Shown: one piece after another, positions 36,519 to 45,413 of the stretch
Layout: each line of letters opens with the position of its first letter
Numbering within the stretch: position 1 is the first letter of the stretch
Origin: Candidatus Iainarchaeum sp.
GTDB taxonomy: Archaea > Iainarchaeota > Iainarchaeia > Iainarchaeales > GCA-2688035
Assembly (NCBI GenBank): GCA_017610175.1
Contig: JAFCCO010000007.1
Coordinates: 1 to 56,303 of the forward strand
DNA length: 56,303 bases
Direction: 5' to 3'
Notes under the pieces: model-generated
Database searches by the model: none
Told to the model about the DNA's origin: nothing
What the model saw: only the letters and a program-made list of their open reading frames with translations
Made by a program: the position numbers and the translations under genes

Positions 36519-38092
36519 AAATTGCTTTAATTTCTACTAATGAACGTTTAATTGAACATGGATTTAGAACTATTTCTTCCATTTTACGTAATAATGGTTT
36601 TGAAACTATTATGGTTTTTATGCCAACAGGAAATAGATATTCTCTTTCTTTTTATTCCAAAGATAATTTAGAAGAATTGTTTAAGTTAGTTAAAGACTAT
36701 GACATGGTATGTTTATCTTGTATGAGTGGAACTTTTGAAAGGACCATTCAAGTTATCGACTTTCTAAAAACTAAAATGAATGCTTTTTTTGTTATAGGGG
36801 GGATTCATGCCACTTTAATGCCAGAAAATTGTATTAAACAAGTTGATGCAGTGGGGATTGGCGAATGTGAAGATGCGATAGTTGAGTTATGTAAACGAAT
36901 TGAAGGCAAACGTAGTTTTTATAAAACTAAAAATTTTTGGTTTAATAAAAAAGGCAAGATCATTAAAAACGATATTAGGCCATTGGTAAATAATCTTGAT
37001 TTATTACCTTTTCCAGATTATGAACTTGAACATCAGTTTATTTTAGATAAAAACAAGTTTGTTTGCGCAACTAATTTCTTTAAGGAGAATTTTTGGAAGC
37101 TTTATAATGGGCGAATTTTAATTCTTTCAGCCAGAGGATGTCCTTATAGTTGTACTTATTGTAGTAATAACTATTTGAATAAAATTTACAAAGGAAAGAG
37201 TTGTTCTGTTAGAAAAAAAAGTGTTGACGGCACTATTGCAGAATTAAAGTATTTAGTTAATAAGTTTCCTGAGACCGTTGAGGTTTTGATTGATGACGAT
37301 GTATTTCTTGTAAGAGATATTAAAGAAATAAAAGACTTTGCTAAAAAATATAAAAAAGAAATTGGCCTGCCTTTCAAATGCAATTGCACCCCCGTTGCAG
37401 TTTCAGAAAAAAAGATTGCTACATTAGTTGATGCAGGATTATCTAATTTAATTGTAGGGGTTCAATCTGGAAGTGAACGAGTAAATTTTGAAGTTTACAA
37501 ACGCTTTTTTTCAAAGAAATGCTTAGTCAATGCAATGAATATTTTAGCAAAGTTTCCAAAGTTACATGCTCATTTTGATGTAATTGTTTCCAATCCTTTT
37601 GAAACGCCAGAAGAATTGAAAGAAACTATTAACTTTTTTTATGGATTGAACTTTTCTTTTTCTTTATCTGTTTTTAATTTGATTTATTTTCCAAAAACTG
37701 AGTTAAGACAGAGAGTTATTGAAAAATTTGGCAAGGATTTTGAGAATAGAATTAATATTGAGTATTTTGATGATTTTTCTCATATTAAATATGATTTAGG
37801 TGACAAGTATCTAAATACCATTTTACGCTGTATGTCTGGAAAAGCCAACAAAAAGAAGATGGGTTGGTTACCTCGTTTTGTTATAAAGCCTTTAATTAGA
37901 TTGTACGATTCTCCGATTAAGTGGATTGGGTGGATTTATTTATATTCAACAATTTTGTTTAAGACTTTTATAAAACAAAGTTATTTTTATTTTATGCCAT
38001 TGTTTCCTCAACGCGTAAAGTCTTTAATTATTAATTTAGTTGTATCTAATAAAAAAACAAGAAAAATAAAAAAAGATGTGGTTGAAAAATGA
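36515..38092 (+). CDS. Cobalamin-binding radical SAM protein, AT-rich (horizontally acquired)
   Basis: GGIHAT..PE, GECE, ARGCPYSCTYC, DDDVF, GVQSGSE; codons visibly far more AT-rich than neighbours. Confidence 0.85.
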   Translation: MKIALISTNERLIEHGFRTISSILRNNGFETIMVFMPTGNRYSLSFYSKDNLEELFKLVKDYDMVCLSCMSGTFERTIQVIDFLKTKMNAFFVIGGIHATLMPENCIKQVDAVGIGECEDAIVELCKRIEGKRSFYKTKNFWFNKKGKIIKNDIRPLVNNLDLLPFPDYELEHQFILDKNKFVCATNFFKENFWKLYNGRILILSARGCPYSCTYCSNNYLNKIYKGKSCSVRKKSVDGTIAELKYLVNKFPETVEVLIDDDVFLVRDIKEIKDFAKKYKKEIGLPFKCNCTPVAVSEKKIATLVDAGLSNLIVGVQSGSERVNFEVYKRFFSKKCLVNAMNILAKFPKLHAHFDVIVSNPFETPEELKETINFFYGLNFSFSLSVFNLIYFPKTELRQRVIEKFGKDFENRINIEYFDDFSHIKYDLGDKYLNTILRCMSGKANKKKMGWLPRFVIKPLIRLYDSPIKWIGWIYLYSTILFKTFIKQSYFYFMPLFPQRVKSLIINLVVSNKKTRKIKKDVVEK

Positions 38093-38180
38093 ACCTTAGG
38101 TTTAAATGTATTTTTATTGATTATTTAAGTTTTGCAACAGAGTTACTTATTGAGTGAACACTTTGTAGGTTTGGTTTAAT

Positions 38181-38684
38181 ATGTATATAACACAAAAGTT
38201 AATGCATTTAATTTCAGGTGGCTGGAAATATCGAAATGGCAAGATTGACAATTTTGCATCTACCTGCCACACAAAAAGAATTTTGGAAATTGGGTCAGGA
38301 ACCACATCCTGCAAGCAGTTCTTTGACGAGTCAAACGAGTTTGTCTGCTCCGACTACGAAGGCCGGCATGGACACATGAAACTTGATGCGGCAAGCTTCA
38401 AAGTTAAAGAAAAATTTGATGTTATTTTGTTAATGTCTGTGCTGGAGCATGTGCCAGACTTCTGGAAAGTGGTTCCAAACTGTTTTAATGCTTTAAACAA
38501 CGGTGGAATGCTGTTTATTTTCTCCCCAATGTTTTACCCGCTTCATAATGAACCGGAAGACTTTTGGAGAATAACTGTGCATGGGTTCAAACATCTTCTT
38601 AAAGACTTCAAAAGCACAGAGTTTGACTATAAAGGATTTCACAAAAAGATTCCATTTTTCTACTGCGTTAAGGCAACAAAATAA
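38181..38684 (+). CDS. Class I SAM-dependent methyltransferase (short)
   Basis: ILEIGSG, FDVI....VLEHV, L..GG, P...P.H.EP.DFWR.T..G. Confidence 0.85.
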   Translation: MYITQKLMHLISGGWKYRNGKIDNFASTCHTKRILEIGSGTTSCKQFFDESNEFVCSDYEGRHGHMKLDAASFKVKEKFDVILLMSVLEHVPDFWKVVPNCFNALNNGGMLFIFSPMFYPLHNEPEDFWRITVHGFKHLLKDFKSTEFDYKGFHKKIPFFYCVKATK

Positions 38685-38725
38685 ACCAGGAATTGTTACC
38701 GTTCAAAATAATTCTATGTCGCAAG

Positions 38726-39916
38726 TTAGCTGAGGCTTCGATATATCTTTAGTGTTTTTTTTACAGCATAGTGCCAAGAAAAGTTTTGTTCACACCTGGT
38801 TCTTGCATTCTGCCCTATTTTTTTCAGCTTAGCCGGACTCTTAAAGATAAAATCTATTTTTTCAGCAAGCTCTATTGGGGACTTTTGTTTTACAAGAAAT
38901 CCGTTAAATCCGTTTTTTACCACGTCAACTAAACCGCCAACTTGTGAGACAATTACCGGTTTTGCACAAGCCGTTGCTTCAATGGCAAAAATGCCAAGGG
39001 TTTCAGTTTCTCCTTTTGAATCAACTATGGATGGAATAACAACAACGTCCGCTTCATTAAGCCAAAGCGGAACATCTGCATTTGGAATTCTTTCAACAAA
39101 AGTTATTTTCTTCTCAAGGCCACGCTCCTTCACAAGCTGCTTAAGCTTTTCCTCCTCCGGACCATAACCTGCAATTACACAAACAGCGTCCCTTGTCTTA
39201 ACATGCTTCATTGCCTCAATCAGATAAGGAAAGCCCTTCTTCTCAACAAACCGTCCGGCGGAAAAAAGCATTTTTTGTTTTGAGGAAATTCCCAACTTTC
39301 TCCTAATCCCAGGCTTTGGCGTTTGCTTGAATAGGTTGAGGTCAATACTTGGCGCAACAATCCCAAACGCATTCATGTTTGCAATTGCCTGTGCCTTCTT
39401 CATTGTGTAAGATGAGTTGAACGCAACGTAATCGCAATTCTCCAAAACAAATTTATTAAGGGCCTTTGTAACAAAATTTGAGTGGACCATCCGGTGAATC
39501 CACAGCACAACAGGTTTGCCTGTCAGCTTTTTTATCGCAACAGCAACAAGCCCACTTGGAATCCACTGTGCATGAAGAATGTCTTTCCCGCGGGTGTTTA
39601 AAATTGCCTTTGCAAAGAAGGAAAGCATGAAGAAAGGAAACTGAAGCCTTGCGACCCAGCTGTTCGCAAGATTGAAAGCGACGCCACCGTGGTAAGCGAT
39701 TCTCTGCAGGCTCTTTGGAAAAAAGTACTGGAACCTGTGAATCCTTATGTTGTCAATTACCTCAAACCCAAGGCTGTTGTCCCGGTCATGCGGAACAACA
39801 ACATCAATGGAAACGTTTTTTTCCGAAAGAAGTTGCATATATTTGTGATTAAAACTGTCATCTCCCTTGAAGCGGAGGAATGAAGTTACCAATTGAAGCA
39901 CCCTTATTTCAGGCAT
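38726..39916 (-). CDS. Glycosyltransferase family 4
   Basis: HAQW.P.G, AGRFVEKKG, PS.VDSKGETE.LG..AIEA.AC. Confidence 0.9.
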   Translation of the reverse strand: MPEIRVLQLVTSFLRFKGDDSFNHKYMQLLSEKNVSIDVVVPHDRDNSLGFEVIDNIRIHRFQYFFPKSLQRIAYHGGVAFNLANSWVARLQFPFFMLSFFAKAILNTRGKDILHAQWIPSGLVAVAIKKLTGKPVVLWIHRMVHSNFVTKALNKFVLENCDYVAFNSSYTMKKAQAIANMNAFGIVAPSIDLNLFKQTPKPGIRRKLGISSKQKMLFSAGRFVEKKGFPYLIEAMKHVKTRDAVCVIAGYGPEEEKLKQLVKERGLEKKITFVERIPNADVPLWLNEADVVVIPSIVDSKGETETLGIFAIEATACAKPVIVSQVGGLVDVVKNGFNGFLVKQKSPIELAEKIDFIFKSPAKLKKIGQNARTRCEQNFSWHYAVKKTLKIYRSLS

Positions 39917-39940
39917 AAGATTAAATGAAAACGGTTCATA

Positions 39941-39996
39941 TTTTAAATTTTTGCGGAATTATGGTTTCAACTATTGTACCAATAGAATATTAAATA
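39941..39996. promoter_or_regulatory. ATTGTACCA box flanked by TATA boxes on both strands
   Basis: Box 39973-39981; - strand CGCAAAAA-TTTAAAA 39955-39941 for the GT4; + strand TATTAAATA 39988-39996. Confidence 0.55.
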
Positions 39997-40002
39997 AGTT
40001 TT

Positions 40003-41436
40003 TTACAGGAAGGCGTTGGCTGCAAGAGTTAAATCTTCTTTCTTGAACTCACCCAAAACGAAAAGAAGCAATGCAAACAAGCCAAAAAGCAAAATTACCT
40101 TCACAACCAGCAGCAGCCCCGCAACAGGGTAGGCTAGCGAAGCAACTGCAACAAGAATTGCAGCAATCGATATTCTTACAATTGCTTTGAAAGGAAAAAT
40201 TGGAAAATGCGTAAAAACCCATCCTCCAGCAAGAATTGACGCAACGAACATCGAAATAAGAGTCGCATACGCAGCGCCCAGCAGGGAAAAGGCAGGAATT
40301 AGATAAAACAGCAAACCCACATCAAGCACAAGTGCCAAGAACCCTATTAGCGCAGCAAGATGCGGCTTACCCTTCGCAGCTAAGGCTGTAGCCGAAATCA
40401 AAAACATTGTGAAGAAAACAAAACCCACCGAAAGAAAGCTTAGGGCTGTGGATCCGGGCAGGTATGCCTCACCGTAAAAAAGGGTGATTAACGATGGGGC
40501 TGTGGAAAAAATAATCGCCGCAATCGGTGCAACAAGCATAAATGAATATCGGTAAGCATTTCGCAGGTAAAACAGAGTTTTGTCACGTTGTTTACCATAA
40601 ACGGCAGCACTCATTAAAGGCAGCAGGACAACTGAGAAAACCCCTGCGAGATCAAAGGGTATTCTTGAAATTGTCTGGGCCGCAACGTAATGTCCTACAA
40701 AAAGATTCGCGCTGCCAACAGGACTCAAGGCCTTAAGCAGAAATAAGTCAGTTACCATAAAAGCATTCAGAACTACCGCAAATACAGTTAAGGGCACTGC
40801 AAAAAGAACAAAAGCCCGCATTGGAAATTTGCCCCCTTTGCCAACACCAAGCAGGGGAAAAGCAAAAAGTAAATAAACAAACAAAGCTATGGAAAGTCCC
40901 GCAATCGCCCCAAAAAGGGAGGCACCCAATAGCACAAGGGCAATTGGAAAAATCATCCTGCAAACCCTGTAAAAAATTGAGTGCAGTGCTTGCTCTTTAA
41001 AGCGCTTCATTCCATTCAGGTAACCAAAGAAGACACTAACAATCGGCTGAAACAACGGGACAAATGCGGCCATCTGAATGTAGGGTATAAGGGACGAGTC
41101 ATTCAAAGCAAGTGCAATTGTGGGAGCCAATAAAAAAACTGCAAGAAACAAAAACAGTGAGAGTACAAAAGCAAACTTTAAGACCTGCCTTTTTATTGTG
41201 CCAGCAGTCGCATTTGACTCTGAAACAAACTTTGAAACCGACTGTTGCAAACCCGTTGTAAAAACCATGCCCAGAAGAAAGAGCATTGAAACCATTAATC
41301 CAAAAACACCAAATTGTTGGGGAGTGAGAAGAAATCGGCCGAGTACAATGTAAAGCGCATATCCTGTGACAAAAAGCATCACACGGTTCAGAAAAAGCCA
41401 AACCACCCCCCTTTCAACACTAGCCAATGCAGTCAC
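40003..41436 (-). CDS. Second Wzx/MOP-family flippase
   Basis: R.L.P..FG, DL..LK....VG.Y.AA, LIP..SL.GAA.AT; GTGA overlap start at 41436. Confidence 0.85.
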   Translation of the reverse strand: MTALASVERGVVWLFLNRVMLFVTGYALYIVLGRFLLTPQQFGVFGLMVSMLFLLGMVFTTGLQQSVSKFVSESNATAGTIKRQVLKFAFVLSLFLFLAVFLLAPTIALALNDSSLIPYIQMAAFVPLFQPIVSVFFGYLNGMKRFKEQALHSIFYRVCRMIFPIALVLLGASLFGAIAGLSIALFVYLLFAFPLLGVGKGGKFPMRAFVLFAVPLTVFAVVLNAFMVTDLFLLKALSPVGSANLFVGHYVAAQTISRIPFDLAGVFSVVLLPLMSAAVYGKQRDKTLFYLRNAYRYSFMLVAPIAAIIFSTAPSLITLFYGEAYLPGSTALSFLSVGFVFFTMFLISATALAAKGKPHLAALIGFLALVLDVGLLFYLIPAFSLLGAAYATLISMFVASILAGGWVFTHFPIFPFKAIVRISIAAILVAVASLAYPVAGLLLVVKVILLFGLFALLLFVLGEFKKEDLTLAANAFL

Positions 41437-42074
41437 TTCCTTGCCCTGACACAGATCCTGTATCCAAAGAACTGCCCAAACCAGGGAATGTGAATTAGAA
41501 TTGCTTCGAGCAAATTCCACACAAGGAAATGGCTTCTTGCAAGGTAAGCCAGTTCTATTTTGAAACCATGCCTTTCAAGTGTCCCTGTGATCTCAGCCAT
41601 TGTCTTGAGCCCAAAGTGTGAAGGGTTTTGCTTGAGAATAAAGTTGTACTTTTTGAGCTTTTCAATCAGGTGAAGCGGGTTTGGGGTGTAAATTGAAACT
41701 GTTCCCCCCTTTTTCAGCACGCGGAATGCTTCAGCGCACATTTTTTCGTAATCCTCTTGACTAATGTGCTCAACAAGATCTGCACTAACCGCCTTGTCAA
41801 ATGAATTGTCCCTTACACCTGAAAGCTTTGAAACACTTTTTACCGCAAAGGAAAGGTTCTTCTGAGTGAATGCCTTTTTTGCAACATCAATAGCACGCTT
41901 TGAAAGGTCAACTCCAAGCACGTTGGCCCCAAAGGTTGAACAGAAATGTGAAATTGCCCCTGCAGCACAACCCAGATCAATTATGCTCTCTCCCCTCTTG
42001 GGCTGCACAAGCCGCTTTATGTGCCCCAGCCTCAACCTTGTCCAGGGATCGTTCCTGATGTATGCCCCAAGCAT
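41433..42074 (-). CDS. Class I SAM-dependent methyltransferase (start uncertain; frame open to 42194)
   Basis: IDLGCAAG, GVDLS, SFD.....VEHI, LKKGG...IYTPN. Confidence 0.85.
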   Translation of the reverse strand: MLGAYIRNDPWTRLRLGHIKRLVQPKRGESIIDLGCAAGAISHFCSTFGANVLGVDLSKRAIDVAKKAFTQKNLSFAVKSVSKLSGVRDNSFDKAVSADLVEHISQEDYEKMCAEAFRVLKKGGTVSIYTPNPLHLIEKLKKYNFILKQNPSHFGLKTMAEITGTLERHGFKIELAYLARSHFLVWNLLEAILIHIPWFGQFFGYRICVRARK

Positions 42075-42138
42075 GTCATCAAAGAAGGGCTGTGAGTATT
42101 CAAACTCGCCTTCCTTAAATTTGCCCCGCCAGCCGACT

Positions 42139-43422
42139 TTATCTTCCGATTCCCTTATACAGAACGCCTCTTTCAGCAATTGATTGCCTGTCAAGCGAGT
42201 TTCTCAAATCAAGAACCGCGCCCACTCCCTTTGACTCAATGAAATCTGCAGTAAGGGACTTTACAAATTCAGAGTGATGTGTTGCGAGAACAACAAGGTC
42301 GGCATCTTCAACCGCTTCCTTCAATGTTTTTACAGTGCTCTTGGATGGAATGAACGGGTCAAATATTCTGAGTACCGCCCCCTTTTCCTCAAGCAATTTG
42401 ATGATTTTAATTGCAGGGCTCTCCCTTGAGTCATCCACATCTGGCTTGTAGGCAATTCCCAAAACAGCAATCTTTGCCCCATTAATCGAAACGCCTTTTT
42501 TCCTTAAGAGCTCCTCTGCTAGCTCAACAGAGAATGCAGGCATACTTTCGTTAATCTCTCTTGCAAGCTTCAGGAATTCGTGTTCAAAGCCTGCTTTTTG
42601 CGCACGCGCAATGAGATAATATGGATCCTGCGCAATGCAGTGCCCTCCAACCCCCGGCCCGGGATAGAAAGGCATGTAACCAAACGGCTTTGTTGATGCT
42701 CCCCTGATTACCTCGCTTAAGTCAATTCCCATTTTCTCAAAGCTCTTTGCAAGCTCGTTTACAAAAGCAATGTTTACATCCCTGAAAGTGTTTTCAACAA
42801 CCTTAACTGCCTCCGCCGCCTTAACACTTTTAAGAACCGTTATCTCTGCATCAATTATTGACTCATAAAATTCCTTCGCCTTGCGGTTCCCCTTTGCTGA
42901 AAGGCAGCCCAGAACGCGCGGGATTTTGTCTATTGTGAATTTTTTATTGCCTGGGTCTATTCTTTCAGGGCAGTGCCCCAGAAAAAAGTCTTCCCCAGCC
43001 TTTAGCTTGGATCCTGTTTCAAGAATCGGCTGCACTACCTCTTCAACGGTTCCAGGATAAATAGTTGATTCAATTATCACAAGTGTTTCCTTGGAAACAA
43101 CTGGCGCAACGGTTTTGCACGCGTTCTCAACAAAGCTTAGGTCCGGCTTGTCGCCAATTGCAGGGGTTGGAACGCACACAATAATTACATTCGCATTCCC
43201 AAGTACTTCACTTGGATTTGTGGAAGCCCTGATTCCCTTGCCATATTTTTTAATATTCTCTTCAATAAACTCGTCCTGCAGCGGGCTCTTTCCCAGGTTA
43301 ACCAAATCAACTTTTTCATTGCTCAAATCAAAGCCTGCAACGTCGTAACCGTTCTTTGCACAAATGCAAGCAAGAGGCAGACCAACGTATCCCAAGCCAA
43401 CTATTGCTATTTTTTGCTTCAT
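42139..43422 (-). CDS. Nucleotide-sugar dehydrogenase (WecC/WbpA type, UDP-HexNAc 6-dehydrogenase)
   Basis: GLGYVGLP, CVPTP, ESTIYPG, PERIDPG, ENTFRDVNIAFVNE, PGPGVGGHCI, YK.DVDD.RESP. Confidence 0.92.
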   Translation of the reverse strand: MKQKIAIVGLGYVGLPLACICAKNGYDVAGFDLSNEKVDLVNLGKSPLQDEFIEENIKKYGKGIRASTNPSEVLGNANVIIVCVPTPAIGDKPDLSFVENACKTVAPVVSKETLVIIESTIYPGTVEEVVQPILETGSKLKAGEDFFLGHCPERIDPGNKKFTIDKIPRVLGCLSAKGNRKAKEFYESIIDAEITVLKSVKAAEAVKVVENTFRDVNIAFVNELAKSFEKMGIDLSEVIRGASTKPFGYMPFYPGPGVGGHCIAQDPYYLIARAQKAGFEHEFLKLAREINESMPAFSVELAEELLRKKGVSINGAKIAVLGIAYKPDVDDSRESPAIKIIKLLEEKGAVLRIFDPFIPSKSTVKTLKEAVEDADLVVLATHHSEFVKSLTADFIESKGVGAVLDLRNSLDRQSIAERGVLYKGIGR

Positions 43423-43446
43423 AATAACCACTAACACTCAAAATAT

Positions 43447-44718
43447 TTAAAACAACGCAATTGCCCTCATTATTGAAATCTTTTCAACAAGCGCGGGAAT
43501 GAAAACTGCCGCATTCCCCGAAAGCCAGTAAGCAATCAAGCTTGTGAAATTAAACGGATCCGCAAGTGCTGGAGTTGACGCAAGGAACAGGAGGGAGAGC
43601 AGGAAAGTGTAAACTCCCAGCAATGCAAGCGGAACCCTAAGCTTTGGCTTTTGTTTAATTAGGGACGCTATTCCAAGCACGAAAAGCGGAAAAAGAATTA
43701 TGAAAAATCTGTTTCCAAACCCCCATGCGCTATGCCACGAACTCCACGCCGAATAAATCCATATGTTCAACGCAACAAATGAAAGTGACAGAAGTTTTTC
43801 ATTTCGTGGCAGGTAAAACAGCCCAGCAATTGCAGCAATCACCGCAGGGGTCCACAAAAGAATTCCCCTGTTCAGGTCAAAAAATAATTCAATCAAATGA
43901 ATCGGCAGGAATGAATCAAATGCGTTTGTATAACCGCTTGAGAACGGGCTTCCAAACTGCGTTTGAAAGTAAAGCATTAGCAAAAGCACGAATGGCGCAA
44001 AGAATGCCCCAAACTTTACAGCATCTTTCCTCTCTCCCTTAAGCCAGTGGAACGCAAGCAATGGCAATACAAAAATTCCCGCTGAATACCTTGTAAGAGT
44101 AAGCAATCCAAGAAAAACCCCCTGAAGCCTTGCGTCCTTTTTTACAAAGGTTGCATAAACAAGCAATGCCATCAGCCCCGCTTCAAACGCATGACTGTAC
44201 CCAAGGTCCGCACTCGCATACCAGAGAAGCGGGCTTCCAAAGAATGCAATTGCAAGCGCAACCGATTCGTTTCCAGGGAAATATTTTTTTGTAATTTTTA
44301 CAGAGAAGAACAGTGCGATTGCAACAAATGCAAGCGCGGTCAGGGTAAATGCAAGCTGGTTTACGAGAAGAGCGCCCCTTTCATTAACAAAGAAATCGTC
44401 CGCAATATGGAAAGCAGGAATCTGCGCAAGAAACTCTGACACCAGGTATGCAGGCAGGGAAATTATTGCTGGACCCGGCGCATATTGCGAAACATGCTTC
44501 TGTGTTGCTTCGTTGAATTCAACCACCGGCATGCCGCTTACTTCGTTGAAATGCTGCTGTTCAACCAGGTCAAGAGAGCTGTCCTTTCCGATTCCCTCAA
44601 GAATTGCATAGTACCCAAATCCATCCCCTGAAACAACCGGCGAAAAGAAGAGAAAGATAAACGCCGCAATTAAGCCAAGCGAAATCTTTGCCTCGCGGGA
44701 AAGGTTTTTGAAGCACAT
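43447..44718 (-). CDS. Multi-TM GT-C-like membrane protein
   Basis: DG.GYY after the first TM, Y.PG, YSH, R, G.L.W.P, W....GFG.RF. Confidence 0.6.
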   Translation of the reverse strand: MCFKNLSREAKISLGLIAAFIFLFFSPVVSGDGFGYYAILEGIGKDSSLDLVEQQHFNEVSGMPVVEFNEATQKHVSQYAPGPAIISLPAYLVSEFLAQIPAFHIADDFFVNERGALLVNQLAFTLTALAFVAIALFFSVKITKKYFPGNESVALAIAFFGSPLLWYASADLGYSHAFEAGLMALLVYATFVKKDARLQGVFLGLLTLTRYSAGIFVLPLLAFHWLKGERKDAVKFGAFFAPFVLLLMLYFQTQFGSPFSSGYTNAFDSFLPIHLIELFFDLNRGILLWTPAVIAAIAGLFYLPRNEKLLSLSFVALNIWIYSAWSSWHSAWGFGNRFFIILFPLFVLGIASLIKQKPKLRVPLALLGVYTFLLSLLFLASTPALADPFNFTSLIAYWLSGNAAVFIPALVEKISIMRAIALF

Positions 44719-45413
44719 TATGAAAACCTCACCTTAACCAAGGTCCATGCCGCCCTGATTCCGTCCATTACATTGATTTTCTTCTCCGCCTTCTCCCTTG
44801 CCTTGTAAGGGATTGGGATCTCCTTTATTTTAAAACCGGCCTTGATTGCCTTCCCGGTAAGCTCCGGCTCAATATCAAAACCGTTTGCACTAAGTTCAAG
44901 CTTCTTCAGCGCGTTTTTGCTGAAAACCTTTTGGCATGTTTCCATGTCCGTTATTTTCTGGCCGAAAAGAACTGTTGTCAGAACCGAGAGGAACTTGTTT
45001 CCAAAGTAGAATGTAAAGGACATGTTCTTCGGCTTTGCAAGAAACCTTGAGCCATATGCAACCTCTTCCCCTTTGTTGATTTGCTCCAAGAGCAGCGCAA
45101 TGTTTTTGGGGGCATATTCAAGGTCCGCGTCCTGCACCGCAATTACCTCCCCTTTTGCCCGCGCAAAGCCTTGCCTTAACGCAAAACCCTTCCCTCTGTT
45201 TTTGGGGGATGAAATCAGGCTGATTCCCTTAATTCCCTGCAGCACCTTGAGCGTGTTGTCCGTGCTCCCGTCGTTTACAACAATGATTTCCTTTCCAAAG
45301 CCCTGCTTTGCAAACGAGACCTTTTTCAGCTCTTCAACAGCCTGCCTTATTCTGCTTTCCTCGTTAAAGGCAGGCATCACAATTGAAACAAGTTTATTAC
45401 CCATTTTTTTCAC
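44718..45413 (-). CDS. Glycosyltransferase family 2 (DPM1-like polyprenol-phosphate sugar synthase)
   Basis: MPAFNEE, VNDGSTD, N.GKG.A, QDADLEY, YGSRF, TDMETC.K, F..EPE. Confidence 0.9.
   Translation of the reverse strand: MKKMGNKLVSIVMPAFNEESRIRQAVEELKKVSFAKQGFGKEIIVVNDGSTDNTLKVLQGIKGISLISSPKNRGKGFALRQGFARAKGEVIAVQDADLEYAPKNIALLLEQINKGEEVAYGSRFLAKPKNMSFTFYFGNKFLSVLTTVLFGQKITDMETCQKVFSKNALKKLELSANGFDIEPELTGKAIKAGFKIKEIPIPYKAREKAEKKINVMDGIRAAWTLVKVRFS

Noticed and set aside
37900-37909. ATTGTACGAT matching the loose palindrome (also ATGGTACAAA near 11738 and GTTGTACTAA near 32957)
   Set aside because: Inside coding sequence with no phased TATA box; shows the loose consensus occurs by chance, so not counted as sites
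36440-38250. AT-rich segment as an IS, prophage or integrative element
   Set aside because: No transposase, integrase, terminal inverted repeats or tRNA target; reported as homology-mediated insertion instead
41437-41520. N-terminal extension of the second flippase
   Set aside because: Overlaps the methyltransferase; GTGA-coupled start at 41436 fits better
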